The notes: generated by a model not told the origin, from the letters alone. A stretch of DNA of 63,308 bases, filler included, from 6 parts of 6 records of this genome joined end to end with filler, not necessarily neighbours in it, one strand, 5' to 3'. Positions 38,517-48,868 are shown, counted from the whole stretch's first letter. Program-made: numbers and translations.

Positions 38517-39896
38517 ATGTCCAGCCCAAGCGCTACATCAGACGCGCGACTTGTTGAAAGCAAGGCGCAGCTTGTCGAATTTCTTCAATCAGGCAGCAAG
38601 CCCGATCGCACCACATGGCGCATTGGCTCAGAGCATGAGAAATTTATCTTCCACCGGGAAGGGTACGGCCCACTTTCCTATGAAGGTGGTGACGGCAAGC
38701 CCGGCATCCGCGACGTTATTCAGGCTTTTGTAAAACTTGGCTGGAACCCGGTTGAAGAAAATGGCCACCTGATTGCCGCGACCAAAAACGGCGCATCCAT
38801 CACGCTGGAGCCCGGCGGGCAGTTTGAGCTTTCCGGCGCGCCGCTTGAAAGCATTCACCACACCTGTGACGAGACCTCCACCCATCTCCGCGAAGCGCGC
38901 GAGATTGGCGAGACGCTCGACATCGGTTTCCTTGGTCTCGGCTTCCATCCTACGCTCAAGCGGGAAGATGTGCCTGTCATGCCAAAAGCGCGCTATGACA
39001 TCATGCGCTCCTATATGCCAAAACGCGGCACCATGGGGCTTGATATGATGCTGCGCACCTGCACGGTGCAGGTGAACCTCGATTTCGCATCCGAAGCTGA
39101 CATGATCGACAAATTCCGCATCGGCTTGGCGCTGCAGCCGCTTGCAACAGCGCTGTTCGCCAACTCTCCGCTCAAGGAAGGCCGCCCCAACGGCTTCAAG
39201 AGCCTGAGGAGCCATGTATGGACGGATACAGACCCGGACCGCTGCGGCACGCTGCCCTTTGTGTTTGACGAGAGCATGAGCTTTGAGCGCTGGGCTGACC
39301 ATGTGCTGGATGTACCGATGTATTTTGTCCGTCGCGGCAATAATTATATCGACGCCTCCGGCCAAAGCTTCCGTGACTTCATGGCAGGCAAGCTGCCCGC
39401 CCTGCCGGGCGAGCTGCCCACCATGGAAGACTGGAAAGACCATATGACGACCCTCTTCCCCGAAGTGCGGCTCAAGACCTTCCTTGAGATGCGCGGGGCA
39501 GACGGTGGTCCATGGTCTCGCCTTTGTGCGCTGCCCGCTTTCTGGGTTGGGCTTCTGTATGACACCGAAGCACAGCAAGGCGCGCTTGACCTTATCAAGA
39601 ACTGGTCAGCAGACGATGTGGCACAGATGCGCGACGACGTACCCAAAATGGGGCTGATGACGGAAATTCAGGGTCGTGATTTCTCAGCACTGGCAAAAGA
39701 GGTGCTGACGATCGCAGACAAGGGCCTCAAGAACCGCGCCATGCTCTCTTCCATGGGTGAAACCGAGCAGGGGTTTCTCAACTCACTGTGGGAAAGTGCC
39801 GAAAGCGGCATGACACCAGCGTGCCAGATTCTTCATAAGCTGAACGGCGTGTGGGGCGGCGATGCTACCAGAGTGTTTGACGCGCTTAGCTACTGA
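38517..39896 (+). CDS. gshA: glutamate-cysteine ligase (alphaproteobacterial/plant type)
   Basis: IGSEHEKF, LEPGGQFELSG, MPK.RY, QVNLDF, FPEVRLK.FLEMRGADGG. Confidence 0.95.
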   Translation: MSSPSATSDARLVESKAQLVEFLQSGSKPDRTTWRIGSEHEKFIFHREGYGPLSYEGGDGKPGIRDVIQAFVKLGWNPVEENGHLIAATKNGASITLEPGGQFELSGAPLESIHHTCDETSTHLREAREIGETLDIGFLGLGFHPTLKREDVPVMPKARYDIMRSYMPKRGTMGLDMMLRTCTVQVNLDFASEADMIDKFRIGLALQPLATALFANSPLKEGRPNGFKSLRSHVWTDTDPDRCGTLPFVFDESMSFERWADHVLDVPMYFVRRGNNYIDASGQSFRDFMAGKLPALPGELPTMEDWKDHMTTLFPEVRLKTFLEMRGADGGPWSRLCALPAFWVGLLYDTEAQQGALDLIKNWSADDVAQMRDDVPKMGLMTEIQGRDFSALAKEVLTIADKGLKNRAMLSSMGETEQGFLNSLWESAESGMTPACQILHKLNGVWGGDATRVFDALSY

Positions 39897-40017
39897 TCTA
39901 ACCCATTCGTTATAAAAAATTGCGGTAAAACGCTTTGTCGCTGCGACCAGTCGCCGCGACAATTGTTACAACATCACGTAAACTCTTCCCGGAACAAACT
40001 CGGCGGGGAGATGAATT

Positions 40018-40485
40018 GTGGCTACTGTAAATTTTTCAATCAACGGCACAGCGCGCAGCTTTGATGGCGACGGCGATATGCCGCTCCTGTGGCACCTTCG
40101 TGAAGAAGCGGGCCTGAAGGGCACCAAGTTTGGCTGCGGTATCGGCCAGTGCGGTGCTTGCACCGTGCATATAGACGGGGACGCGGTGCGCAGTTGCTCA
40201 CTCCCCATGGCGGCGCTAGACGGTGCTGCTGTTACCACCATTGAGGGCCTTGCAAACGGCGACGACCTGCACCCGGTACAACAAGCCTGGATAGAGGAAG
40301 ACGTACCCCAGTGCGGCTACTGCCAGGCGGGCCAGATCATGGCGACCGCCGCTTTCCTCAAGGACGTGCCAAACCCGACAGATGATGACATCGATGAGGG
40401 CATCACCAACTTGTGCAGGTGTGGCACCTATTACCGCATCCGCAAGGCGATCAAACTCGCCGCGCAAAAAATGCAAACCGCATAA
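40018..40485 (+). CDS. (2Fe-2S) small subunit of an isoquinoline 1-oxidoreductase-like enzyme
   Basis: [31 protein letters not shown]. Confidence 0.95.
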   Translation: MATVNFSINGTARSFDGDGDMPLLWHLREEAGLKGTKFGCGIGQCGACTVHIDGDAVRSCSLPMAALDGAAVTTIEGLANGDDLHPVQQAWIEEDVPQCGYCQAGQIMATAAFLKDVPNPTDDDIDEGITNLCRCGTYYRIRKAIKLAAQKMQTA

Positions 40486-40496
40486 GGGGGCAGCAA

Positions 40497-42695
40497 ATGA
40501 ACGAACTTTCCCGGCGCGGATTTCTGAAATCCAGCGCAGGTGCAGCCGCACTTGTCATCAGCATTTCAGTAAACCCAACGGTGTTGGCCGCAGATGTGGA
40601 CAACAGCGGTAACGTATCCTCCTGCCTTCGTTTCACTGAAGACGGGGAAATTTTCATCTGCGTGCCCATCCCGGACATGGGGCAAGGCACCATTACCGCC
40701 GCCGCACAGATCATTGCAGACGAGCTTGACCTCGACCTCGCCTCTGCCAACATCGAAATGATGAGCATGCAGGGTCATGCAGGCAGTGATGGCCGTATTG
40801 AGGAAGGCCCCATGCCGCAAGGCGCGGGTGGTAGCCTGTCTATCATGACCATGTGGGGGCCGCTAAGGCAGGCAGCTGCCTATGCCCATGACCTCTTCAT
40901 CTATGCGGCGGCGGCAAAATGGGAGGTGCCCGAAAGTCGCCTCACCACAGCAAACGGCATGGTGATTGATAAAAAAGGCAAGCGCGAGATTGCGTACAAA
41001 GACCTTGTGGCGTTAACACGCGGCGGCGACCGCGCCAATGTGCCAAGTCAGGCTAAACCAAAAGCCCGCAAGGACTATAAGCGCATCGGTAAAGACCAAG
41101 GCAACGTGCATGCCCGCGCCATCGTCACCGGCGAACCCATCTTTGGTATCGACGCAGAAGTTGACGGTATGTTGCACGCAGCCATCCGGCGCTGCCCGCA
41201 CCTCAATGGCAGCCTTGTGTCCTATAACCGGGATGAAATCCTTGCCATGCCCGGCGTGCGCCATGTGGTGGAGATGAAACGCCTGCCCTCGGACCTGAGC
41301 AAAAGCCGCGGTGTGGCCGCAGGTGTCGGTGTTGTGGCCGATACCTATTGGCAGGCTCGTAAAGCAGCAGACGCCGTTGACGCCGAGTGGGACGGCAGCA
41401 TCTCGGTCAACGATGGCTCCGACCAGATGAAAGAGCGCATGCTCGACTTTATCGAGAATGGAACATCAGCCGAGAGCGACCGTATGGAAGGTGGCGATGT
41501 GGACGCGGCCATGGCAAACGCCGACAAGGTCGTTGAGGCCACCTATTATCACCCGCACTGGGCACACACTTGCATTGAACCGCATAGCTGTATAGCAGAC
41601 GTGAAAGAAGACAAGGCCGAGATATGGCTCAGCCACCAGTCGATCACGGAATCCGCCAACGCAGTGATTGATATCACCGGCCTGCCCCCAAGCGCCGTTA
41701 AAGCCAACGTCTACCGTGCTGGCACAGGGTTTGGCCGCAAATACTCAGGCGACTTTGTGGTCGAGGCCTGCATCCTTTCCCGCGAGGCGAAAGCTCCGGT
41801 GAAAGTGACATGGTCGCGCGAGGACGAGATTGAGCAGGACTACCCCAACCCTTCCGGTGCTTACCGTATGCGTGCCGCCCTTGATAATGATGGCAAGCTC
41901 ACCGGCTGGCACGTAAAAATCGGCGCTGACGGCTGGCTCAGAAACGCCGCGAAAGAGCCACCAATTGGCTTGATCGACGACTACCGCGGCGAGTGGGGCT
42001 TCATTGAAAACAACGTCACCCGGGGCGCCTGGCGCGGACCGCAGCACAACACAGCAGCATGGGTTATCCATGGTTTCCTGAATGAAGTGGCCCACGCCGC
42101 AGGCAAGGACCCGCTAGATTTCCTTCTGGAGCTTTATAGCCGCAAGGAAGCGCAAAAACTTGAGACCTGGCCCTACCCGCTTCTTGAGTATTCCCGCTTC
42201 CGCGACATGCTGAAGCAAGTGGCCAAGGACGCAGAATATGGCCGCAAAATGCCAAAAGGCTGGGGGCAAGGCATTGCCATTTACCACACCTTCTCAGGCA
42301 CATGTGCGCATGTGGTTGATGTAGAAATGGTGGGCGAAAGCGACTACCGCGTGCATAAGGTCACAAGCGTGATTGATTGCGGCCTGGCGGTAAACCCGCT
42401 TGGCATACGGGCGCAAGTGGAAGGTGGCATCAATGACGGCCTGTGCGCCGCTAAATATGGTGACCTGCACTTTGAGGCTGGTGTACCTGTCACCAACAAC
42501 TTCGACACCTACAGAAAAATGCGCATCAATGAGGCCCCGGCAGAGATCAATGTTCGTATCATGGATTTTGGGGATGAAGACCCGCGCGGCACAGGTGAAG
42601 TGGCATTGCCGCCGCTTATTCCGGCGCTGACAAATGCGATTTTTGCGGCAAGCGGCAAGCGCATTCGCACGTTGCCGATCTCAAAGAACCTATAA
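40497..42695 (+). CDS. molybdopterin-binding large subunit (IorB-like), Tat-exported
   Basis: SRRGFLK Tat motif at ATG 40497; DMGQG, GFGR, WRGP, QVEGG, GTGEVALPP. Confidence 0.92.
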   Translation: MNELSRRGFLKSSAGAAALVISISVNPTVLAADVDNSGNVSSCLRFTEDGEIFICVPIPDMGQGTITAAAQIIADELDLDLASANIEMMSMQGHAGSDGRIEEGPMPQGAGGSLSIMTMWGPLRQAAAYAHDLFIYAAAAKWEVPESRLTTANGMVIDKKGKREIAYKDLVALTRGGDRANVPSQAKPKARKDYKRIGKDQGNVHARAIVTGEPIFGIDAEVDGMLHAAIRRCPHLNGSLVSYNRDEILAMPGVRHVVEMKRLPSDLSKSRGVAAGVGVVADTYWQARKAADAVDAEWDGSISVNDGSDQMKERMLDFIENGTSAESDRMEGGDVDAAMANADKVVEATYYHPHWAHTCIEPHSCIADVKEDKAEIWLSHQSITESANAVIDITGLPPSAVKANVYRAGTGFGRKYSGDFVVEACILSREAKAPVKVTWSREDEIEQDYPNPSGAYRMRAALDNDGKLTGWHVKIGADGWLRNAAKEPPIGLIDDYRGEWGFIENNVTRGAWRGPQHNTAAWVIHGFLNEVAHAAGKDPLDFLLELYSRKEAQKLETWPYPLLEYSRFRDMLKQVAKDAEYGRKMPKGWGQGIAIYHTFSGTCAHVVDVEMVGESDYRVHKVTSVIDCGLAVNPLGIRAQVEGGINDGLCAAKYGDLHFEAGVPVTNNFDTYRKMRINEAPAEINVRIMDFGDEDPRGTGEVALPPLIPALTNAIFAASGKRIRTLPISKNL

Positions 42696-43208
42696 CCATT
42701 TGATCCAGTTGATCACCCAGATACCGATGAGGGTGGCAAGCGCAAGCGTGCCGCCCCACATCAGGGCGATAGAGAGGCTGGAGAACCGCGGCCTGCGGTC
42801 GTTATAATAGCTGCCGCACTGCAGGCAATGATACCATCCCTGTCCCCGCTCAGCCGTGATCCGCACAAACGGCAAGCTTGTTGGCACCCTGCCTTCAAAC
42901 GTGTGGACCCGGCTTGACCCACACCTGAGGCATGCAAGTTCTTCCCCGTCTGCGTCATGGCGTACGGGGAAAGCGTTTGACGGCATCATCGCGAGGTTTG
43001 AAATGGCTTTCTGGGCATCATCAAAGTCTGCGGCGCGCACCATCAGGTTCGCCCGCAGCCCGGCGTTCAGGCCCGCCACATGCTCGCCGGAGAGGAAAGC
43101 GTGAATTCCACGGCTTTCAAGCACAGAACGCAAGAGCGCACCATCAGGCTGGCTAAGGCCAGAGCGCAGCACCACAAGGCGGTTATGATCCTCAAATACC
43201 TGGGTCAT
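42690..43208 (-). CDS. DUF2007-like domain + Zn-ribbon + C-terminal TM protein
   Basis: LRSVLESRGIHAF; CLRCGS...CLQCG; terminal hydrophobic helix. Confidence 0.75.
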   Translation of the reverse strand: MTQVFEDHNRLVVLRSGLSQPDGALLRSVLESRGIHAFLSGEHVAGLNAGLRANLMVRAADFDDAQKAISNLAMMPSNAFPVRHDADGEELACLRCGSSRVHTFEGRVPTSLPFVRITAERGQGWYHCLQCGSYYNDRRPRFSSLSIALMWGGTLALATLIGIWVINWIKWL

Positions 43209-43219
43209 GGCCGCGCTGT

Positions 43220-43759
43220 TTAGTCCATGAGGCCGGACGCAAATCCGTCGATTGAGGTGGTGTTATTGGTGTGCTGATAGTCGGTGATCTTGTCACCCTT
43301 TTTCTCAGCCCATTTTTTGAGCGTCTGGCGCTCTGCCTTCAATTCCATCTCAGGCACACCGTAACCGCAACTGGTTTGCACGCTTTCCACATCCAGAAGG
43401 ATGATCTGCCGCGCGCCCGGAAGTACCGGGAACTTGGCGGCAAGCTCGTCATAACCGTCATGGTGTGGCCTTAAAACCCGGCCTTTACCGTATAGCCGGA
43501 GAATAAGCGCATTCCGCGTGAAGCTGTTGAACATGATAGTGAGACGGCCATCGTTTTTGATATGCGCGGCCGTCTCATTGCCGCTTCCCGTCACATCAAG
43601 ATAACCGCACAGGTTGGGGCCCAATACACGGAAGCTGTCCATGCCCTTGGGGCTCAGGTTCACACGCCCTGTGGCGCATGCAGATGCAGTAAAAAACATC
43701 GGCTGTTCTTCAATGAACGCCGCATGTTTATCAGTGATGTGGTCGGTAAAATCAGCCAT
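43220..43759 (-). CDS. pyridoxamine 5'-phosphate oxidase-family FMN-binding protein
   Basis: NLSPKG, GSGNETAAH, ILRLYG, QTSCGYGVP. Confidence 0.9.
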   Translation of the reverse strand: MADFTDHITDKHAAFIEEQPMFFTASACATGRVNLSPKGMDSFRVLGPNLCGYLDVTGSGNETAAHIKNDGRLTIMFNSFTRNALILRLYGKGRVLRPHHDGYDELAAKFPVLPGARQIILLDVESVQTSCGYGVPEMELKAERQTLKKWAEKKGDKITDYQHTNNTTSIDGFASGLMD

Positions 43760-44187
43760 TACACCATCCAGAATCTCATCATGAGAACAACAAGCATTGA
43801 TATGAGCACCAGCACACCAAGGATGAACGCAAGGAAGCGGTGCGTGACGTTATTATATGTGCAGTGAATGAAGCTATGTACAACCCTTGTACCAACAAAA
43901 ATCCACGCCATGGTCACCATCATATCGCCGCCAAGACCCGTCACAAGCGTGATGAAGCTCATCACAAAAAAGAGAACAGGCGCTTCAAACAGGTTCTTGA
44001 AGTTTTCAGAAGGATAACAGGCGGCTGGTGGCAGGTTATCGTATGTGGCGCGGTCTTTAAGTTGCTCTGGCGTTGCACGGGTTTTGGCAAGCGCAGGCAG
44101 CCGGCGGGACGCCATGTAAAGCAGCACAACGAGCGTTAGCGCAACCTGCACCAAAATCGGGCCCATCATCGACATATTCATGTTCAT
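43759..44187 (-). CDS. MAPEG-family membrane protein
   Basis: NFKNLFEAPVLF, R.VHS.IH..YN.V..RF; start at 44187 after GGGAGG. Confidence 0.87.
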   Translation of the reverse strand: MNMNMSMMGPILVQVALTLVVLLYMASRRLPALAKTRATPEQLKDRATYDNLPPAACYPSENFKNLFEAPVLFFVMSFITLVTGLGGDMMVTMAWIFVGTRVVHSFIHCTYNNVTHRFLAFILGVLVLISMLVVLMMRFWMV

Positions 44188-44353
44188 ATCTTTCCTCCCC
44201 AAGGTGATAAAACTGTGTGAGTTTAGCCATACTGAGGGACATTTGGCTATTGTAAAGCCACGTTTCATAAATATGTGACAATCATGAGTGTATAGCCTCA
44301 GGGCTTTGGCGCAGGACTGTCTACCCGGCCAGCCTGTTTTGTGCGAGTGGCGT

Positions 44354-44659
44354 ATGACCAATAAAAGATTGAAATTCATCCTGCGCTGGATCGCTATCCC
44401 GCTTAGCATCATCCTTCTGGTGCTTGGCGCGCTCACGCTGCCGCTTCCTATCCCCACAGGTGTTATCCTCATTGCACTCGGGCTTGCTGTCGCGGCGTTC
44501 AACCCGCGCATGCTGAAGTTTATCCGCCGCACGCGGGGGCGCTTCCCCAAAACAAATGCGCGTATCCGGCAGGCCACACCGCACCTGCCCGGCTTTATCC
44601 AGCGTATCCTCACCCGCACTGACAGCCGCAGGCGAGACCGGGATACCAAAATTTCCTGA
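44354..44659 (+). CDS. small membrane protein (PGPGW-like)
   Basis: TM hairpin LPLPIPTG followed by a basic tail. Confidence 0.65.
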   Translation: MTNKRLKFILRWIAIPLSIILLVLGALTLPLPIPTGVILIALGLAVAAFNPRMLKFIRRTRGRFPKTNARIRQATPHLPGFIQRILTRTDSRRRDRDTKIS

Positions 44660-44742
44660 ACGGCCGACCGAATTCGGCTTGCGGCGCACGCATGATTGCT
44701 GGCATCTTTGCCCTACCGAGTGCGCTTTTCGGGGCTATATCC

Positions 44743-45240
44743 ATGACCAAAATCAGAGACTACCAGCACACTGACTGGGCGGCTGTTGACCGCATCTACA
44801 AGGAAGGCATTAAAACAGGCCTCGCCACGTTTGAGACTGAGCCCAAAGAGCAAGCCTACTGGGAGCAGACCAGCATCCCCAAAAGCCAGCTTGTGGCAGT
44901 AGCGGAGGACGGGAAAGTGCTTGGCTGGGCTGTCTTGTGGCCCGTGTCTGACCGCTGTGCCTACAAAGGTGTGGCGGAGGTGAGCGTCTATGTAGGCGAG
45001 AATGCGCGCGGCATGGGGCTTGGCAAAAAGCTGCTGAACGCGCTCATCAAGCGTTCGGAAGAGCTTGGATTCTGGACCCTGCAGGCGGGCATATTCGAGG
45101 ATAATCCCGGCTCACAGGCTATCCACAAAAGCTGTGGTTTCCGCATTATCGGTGTGCGTGAGCGTGTGGGCAAGCTGCACGGTGTGTGGCGCAACAATAT
45201 GATCCTTGAGCGCCGAAGTGCGGTAAACGGGCTGGATTGA
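44743..45240 (+). CDS. GNAT N-acetyltransferase (phosphinothricin/YncA-like)
   Basis: ATFET, VSDRCAY.GVAEVSVYV, TLQAGIF..N..S. Confidence 0.9.
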   Translation: MTKIRDYQHTDWAAVDRIYKEGIKTGLATFETEPKEQAYWEQTSIPKSQLVAVAEDGKVLGWAVLWPVSDRCAYKGVAEVSVYVGENARGMGLGKKLLNALIKRSEELGFWTLQAGIFEDNPGSQAIHKSCGFRIIGVRERVGKLHGVWRNNMILERRSAVNGLD

Positions 45241-45332
45241 GTTAATCTCATCAGCATCATGACATTTGTTCTTGTTATGTTCGCTTCATGGTGTATTCTT
45301 CATACGAAGATAGACACTCGGGGGACAACATC

Positions 45333-46178
45333 ATGAAATCATTTGTGGTTGCAGCCATGCTGCTTGCGCTTACGCCCACACCCGGCATTGCGAGCACGCT
45401 TGGGCCGTATGATAACCTACCGATTGAGGAACTGCGCCAGATAGACAAGGACGCACTCTCAAAAGCGGAAAAGAAAGCCTACAAGAAGGCCCTCAAGGCT
45501 GCGGAGAAAGCAGAAAAGAAACGCCTAAAGGCGGAGAAAAAAGCGAAAAAAGAGGCTCAAAAAGTTGCGCGTAACGTCCTTAAAGTTCGCGATGCCTCCA
45601 GAATTATTCGTGACGAATTTGAAGCCGATACCCAGATCAAGGGGCCCAAATATTCATATTCAGATATGCAAACCGTCTATCAGCTCGGCAATGGTGGCGA
45701 GGTGCAATATTTCATTCGGTCCTACATGAACCTGGAAGAAGGGCGCCTCAAATCAGAGCTGTATCTCATTATTAAACAAAAAACCGTTGTGGATATGGAC
45801 CTGTTAGCCTCCAAAAAGCTCACGCCGGTGGGTTATGCCAACCGGCAACGTCTGTGGGCCAATTATTCCACAGCCAAGTTGCGCGGCGGGGTGGCACGTG
45901 AGCTTATCCCTGTTAATAAATCCGGCGATGTGTCCTATGGCATCGGCAGTTTTTATGAAGAGGCCATTATCAGTCTCGACCCTCAAGACCTTATCGCTGG
46001 GCTCGGTAACTTCAGTAGCTTCGACTTCAAGCTTTCACGCGGCAAGAAAAGCGATCTCGTTATCTCAATCCCGGCACACTATATCACCGGCTATATGATC
46101 AAATTCATGCAAGCAACGGGTGTCGAGAACCCGGTCGTGGCCGGTGTTGAACAAGAGTTTGAAACCATGGCCCAATAA
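45333..46178 (+). CDS. hypothetical secreted protein with a Lys/Ala-rich helix
   Basis: Signal peptide MKSFVVAAMLLAL, RBS GGGGA, KAEKK-type low-complexity stretch. Confidence 0.7.
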   Translation: MKSFVVAAMLLALTPTPGIASTLGPYDNLPIEELRQIDKDALSKAEKKAYKKALKAAEKAEKKRLKAEKKAKKEAQKVARNVLKVRDASRIIRDEFEADTQIKGPKYSYSDMQTVYQLGNGGEVQYFIRSYMNLEEGRLKSELYLIIKQKTVVDMDLLASKKLTPVGYANRQRLWANYSTAKLRGGVARELIPVNKSGDVSYGIGSFYEEAIISLDPQDLIAGLGNFSSFDFKLSRGKKSDLVISIPAHYITGYMIKFMQATGVENPVVAGVEQEFETMAQ

Positions 46179-46203
46179 CTGCCGTGCAGCCAAGAGGCAG
46201 CGC

Positions 46204-46518
46204 TTAGACGCTGCCTTTTTTCTCAACCACCAGCACGCGGGCGGGCCCAACGGGGTGCGCAACATGCGCGTCACCCGCTCTCGCATGATAGATATGCCCC
46301 ACCTCCATGCGCGTGATATGCGCTGTGCCAGCTGCGTCGCGGGTGTGCATATCCACCGCGCCGTCCAGCACCACAAACACCTCATCACCGTCGTTTACGT
46401 GCCACTTATAGGGCGCATCCGTCCAGTGCAGGCGCACTGACGCGCCTTCAATATCGGCGATGTCCAAGGCACCCCATGCGCGAGGTGCGGTGAAATTTTT
46501 TGCTTCAATAAACTGCAC
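46204..46518 (-). CDS. cupin-domain protein
   Basis: RLHWTD.PY.WHVNDG.EVFVVLDG; GTG 46518 after GAGGAG. Confidence 0.85.
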   Translation of the reverse strand: MQFIEAKNFTAPRAWGALDIADIEGASVRLHWTDAPYKWHVNDGDEVFVVLDGAVDMHTRDAAGTAHITRMEVGHIYHARAGDAHVAHPVGPARVLVVEKKGSV

Positions 46519-46618
46519 AAGTGCCTCCTCAGCATAAACAGGCTTGGCCCATACCATGAGCGTGCACGGTGTGGGCTGACAGCCTGTTATGATTTTCTGC
46601 CAAAGAAACCACGCAGCG

Positions 46619-46999
46619 CTAGAGCAGCCCCAGCTCTGCCTGCATCTTCTTGGTAAGCTTCGCAGCGATAATGCCATGCGCATCCGCGATATAACTTTTG
46701 AGGTCATCGTTTGAGAGCGCATCGGCGCTCTGGAGCTGCACCCATTTGGCGCGCGCGAGATAAGGCGCAGGCACAATGCCCTCAAGCTCACACAGAATCT
46801 GGTAACTGAGGTCAGAACATTTGAAGGATATGCGCGACGCTGCATCATCAGCATCGGAACGCTTGTCGTCCGACCCCCAGTTGGAGCAGATGGCAAATAT
46901 CTTGCCGCCCACTTTCCACACCGACGCCCCACCCCACTGGACAACATGGGTGGTGGCCTTCAGCGCCTTGCAGTATTCGTCAAATTCCTCGCGGGTCAT
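46619..46999 (-). CDS. MmcQ/YjbR-family protein
   Basis: VWKVGGKIFA, SFKC, PAPYLARAKWV. Confidence 0.9.
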   Translation of the reverse strand: MTREEFDEYCKALKATTHVVQWGGASVWKVGGKIFAICSNWGSDDKRSDADDAASRISFKCSDLSYQILCELEGIVPAPYLARAKWVQLQSADALSNDDLKSYIADAHGIIAAKLTKKMQAELGLL

Positions 47000-47008
47000 A
47001 CTGCCCCC

Positions 47009-47597
47009 TCAATACATCTTGTTATGGGATTTGGCTTTTTTGGTGCGGGTGCCGGGGCGGCCACCGGTGGCGCGGCCTTTGGGCTTGAGGCGCTTGTCCT
47101 CAATGCCCAGCTCACCTGCCTCCAGCTTGCGGATTTCATCCCTGAGCCGCGCGGCCTCTTCGAACTCAAGGTTTTCGGCTGCGTCGCGCATTTTGCCCTG
47201 CAGCACTTCAAGGTGTTTCTTGAGGTTGGAGCCCACAAGGTGCTGCGCATCATCCCCGATATCAACGGTAACATAATCGCCCACCGCCACATGGCCCATC
47301 AGGTCGCCCACGTTTTTCTTCACCGTGGTTGGGGTGATGCCGTGTTTCTCATTGTAAGCCACCTGCTTGGCGCGGCGGCGGTTGGTTTCATCGATGGCTT
47401 TTTCCATCGAGCCGGTGATTTTATCCGCATAGAGGATCACCCGACCTTCCGAGTTACGCGCCGCACGGCCGATGGTCTGGATAAGCGAGCGTTCAGAACG
47501 CAGAAAACCTTCCTTGTCGGCGTCCAGTATCGCCACCAGCCCACATTCGGGGATATCAAGCCCCTCGCGCAGCAGGTTGATGCCCACCAGCACATCA
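47009..47597 (-). CDS. uvrB: excinuclease ABC subunit B, C-terminal part (truncated)
   Basis: [37 protein letters not shown] domain [13 protein letters not shown]. Confidence 0.97.
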
Positions 47598-47697
47598 NNN
47601 NNNNNNNNNNNNNNNNNNNNNNNNNNNNNNNNNNNNNNNNNTTAATTAATTAANNNNNNNNNNNNNNNNNNNNNNNNNNNNNNNNNNNNNNNNNNNN
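47598..47697. other. artificial contig spacer
   Basis: N44-TTAATTAATTAA-N44. Confidence 0.99.
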
Positions 47698-47698
47698 C

Positions 47699-48850
47699 AA
47701 TGTTGTTTCCTATTCTGATTACTATCCATATGGGATGTTAATGGATGGCCGTCATGGATCAGCAAACAGTGACAAATACCGTTATGGGTTTAACGGTATG
47801 GAGGGTGACGATGAAGTGAAAGGAGAAGGAAATTCTTATACAACGGAATTTAGGCAATATGACTCTAGAATAGGAAGATGGTTAAGTTTGGATCCTTTGA
47901 TGGCTTCATATTCTGGTCAGTCTGCATATGCTGCATTTAATAATAATCCAATTTATTTTGCTGACCCAACTGGACTTGAAGGAGAACCAAGTGTAGGTGA
48001 GACTAGGACTGAGAATGATGTACAACAGATATATACAGGAGTAAGTGATGGTTGGCAAAATGCTAGTAAAATTACATCTTTGCAAAATACTTCTGGAGAT
48101 GGAATATTTGTTAGAGCAGGTGGTGTAGGGGAGTATTCCTATCAATTAATTACTAATATTGTAATTAGTATTGATGCACCTTTAGCTATTAAAGGTGCAT
48201 TTGGAAGTGAAGAATATTCTGGGCCGATTGAATCAAGTGACACATGGGTTATTGCATCTGGTGATATTGAAAGTGCCAATGAATTATATAGTAAGACATT
48301 TGGTACAAATAAAATTGGAAACTTGATTATTGATACTCACGGAGGTGCTGTTGGAGGTAACTATACAGGAGGTACGGACAGAATGAGACTGGAAACATCT
48401 TATGATAAAAATGGAAATGCAACAGCTTATATAACTAGAAATGAGATTGGCCAAGCGTCAGATGGGAGGAATTATAATTCTGACGAATCTAATTATAAAG
48501 ACGCCGAAGCATTTAATTCATTAATTTCTAATGTTTCTAAAGGTGGGTTGATAGTCTTGAGTGGATGTAATGCTGGTAAGGATCATTTCTTGGTTCAGCA
48601 AATTGCTTGGTCAACTTCTGCTAATGTAAGCGTTTACGCAAATCGTGATCAAACTGGATATTTAATACGGCCTGATGCTATAACAATCAGAACAAACATA
48701 GATGAAGTTGAAAATGGATGGATATTTTATGGGGTAAAAAACCCTGATAAAGTCAAAAACGGGGCTAGTCCTAAATACGGATTAGTGAAGGATGGTTCAG
48801 GAACTATGAATATTGATATTGATGGCACGAATAGTGTAATAGCGTATTAA
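47699..48850 (+). CDS. Rhs-repeat-associated core protein with C-terminal toxin domain (5'-truncated)
   Basis: Frame open from the contig edge (SDYYPYGM); YRYGFNGME, RQYDSRIGRWLSLDP, NNPIYFADPTG. Confidence 0.92.
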   Translation, partial: NVVSYSDYYPYGMLMDGRHGSANSDKYRYGFNGMEGDDEVKGEGNSYTTEFRQYDSRIGRWLSLDPLMASYSGQSAYAAFNNNPIYFADPTGLEGEPSVGETRTENDVQQIYTGVSDGWQNASKITSLQNTSGDGIFVRAGGVGEYSYQLITNIVISIDAPLAIKGAFGSEEYSGPIESSDTWVIASGDIESANELYSKTFGTNKIGNLIIDTHGGAVGGNYTGGTDRMRLETSYDKNGNATAYITRNEIGQASDGRNYNSDESNYKDAEAFNSLISNVSKGGLIVLSGCNAGKDHFLVQQIAWSTSANVSVYANRDQTGYLIRPDAITIRTNIDEVENGWIFYGVKNPDKVKNGASPKYGLVKDGSGTMNIDIDGTNSVIAY

Positions 48851-48868
48851 AATTTAATCAGATTAGAT

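Noticed and set aside
43759-44649. 296-aa ORF as a single protein
   Set aside because: Only the part from 44187 is MAPEG-like and has an RBS; the extension is antisense to the 44354-44659 gene
46204-46947. 247-aa ORF as a cupin fusion
   Set aside because: The upstream part overlaps the MmcQ/YjbR gene in another frame; the real start is GTG 46518 with GAGGAG
27924-47653. Many long antisense or alternate-frame ORFs in GC-rich contigs (e.g. 32009-32812, 34931-35881, 38628-39578, 46946-47653; also 61306-62376)
   Set aside because: They overlap well-supported genes and lack family motifs; expected shadows of high-GC codon usage
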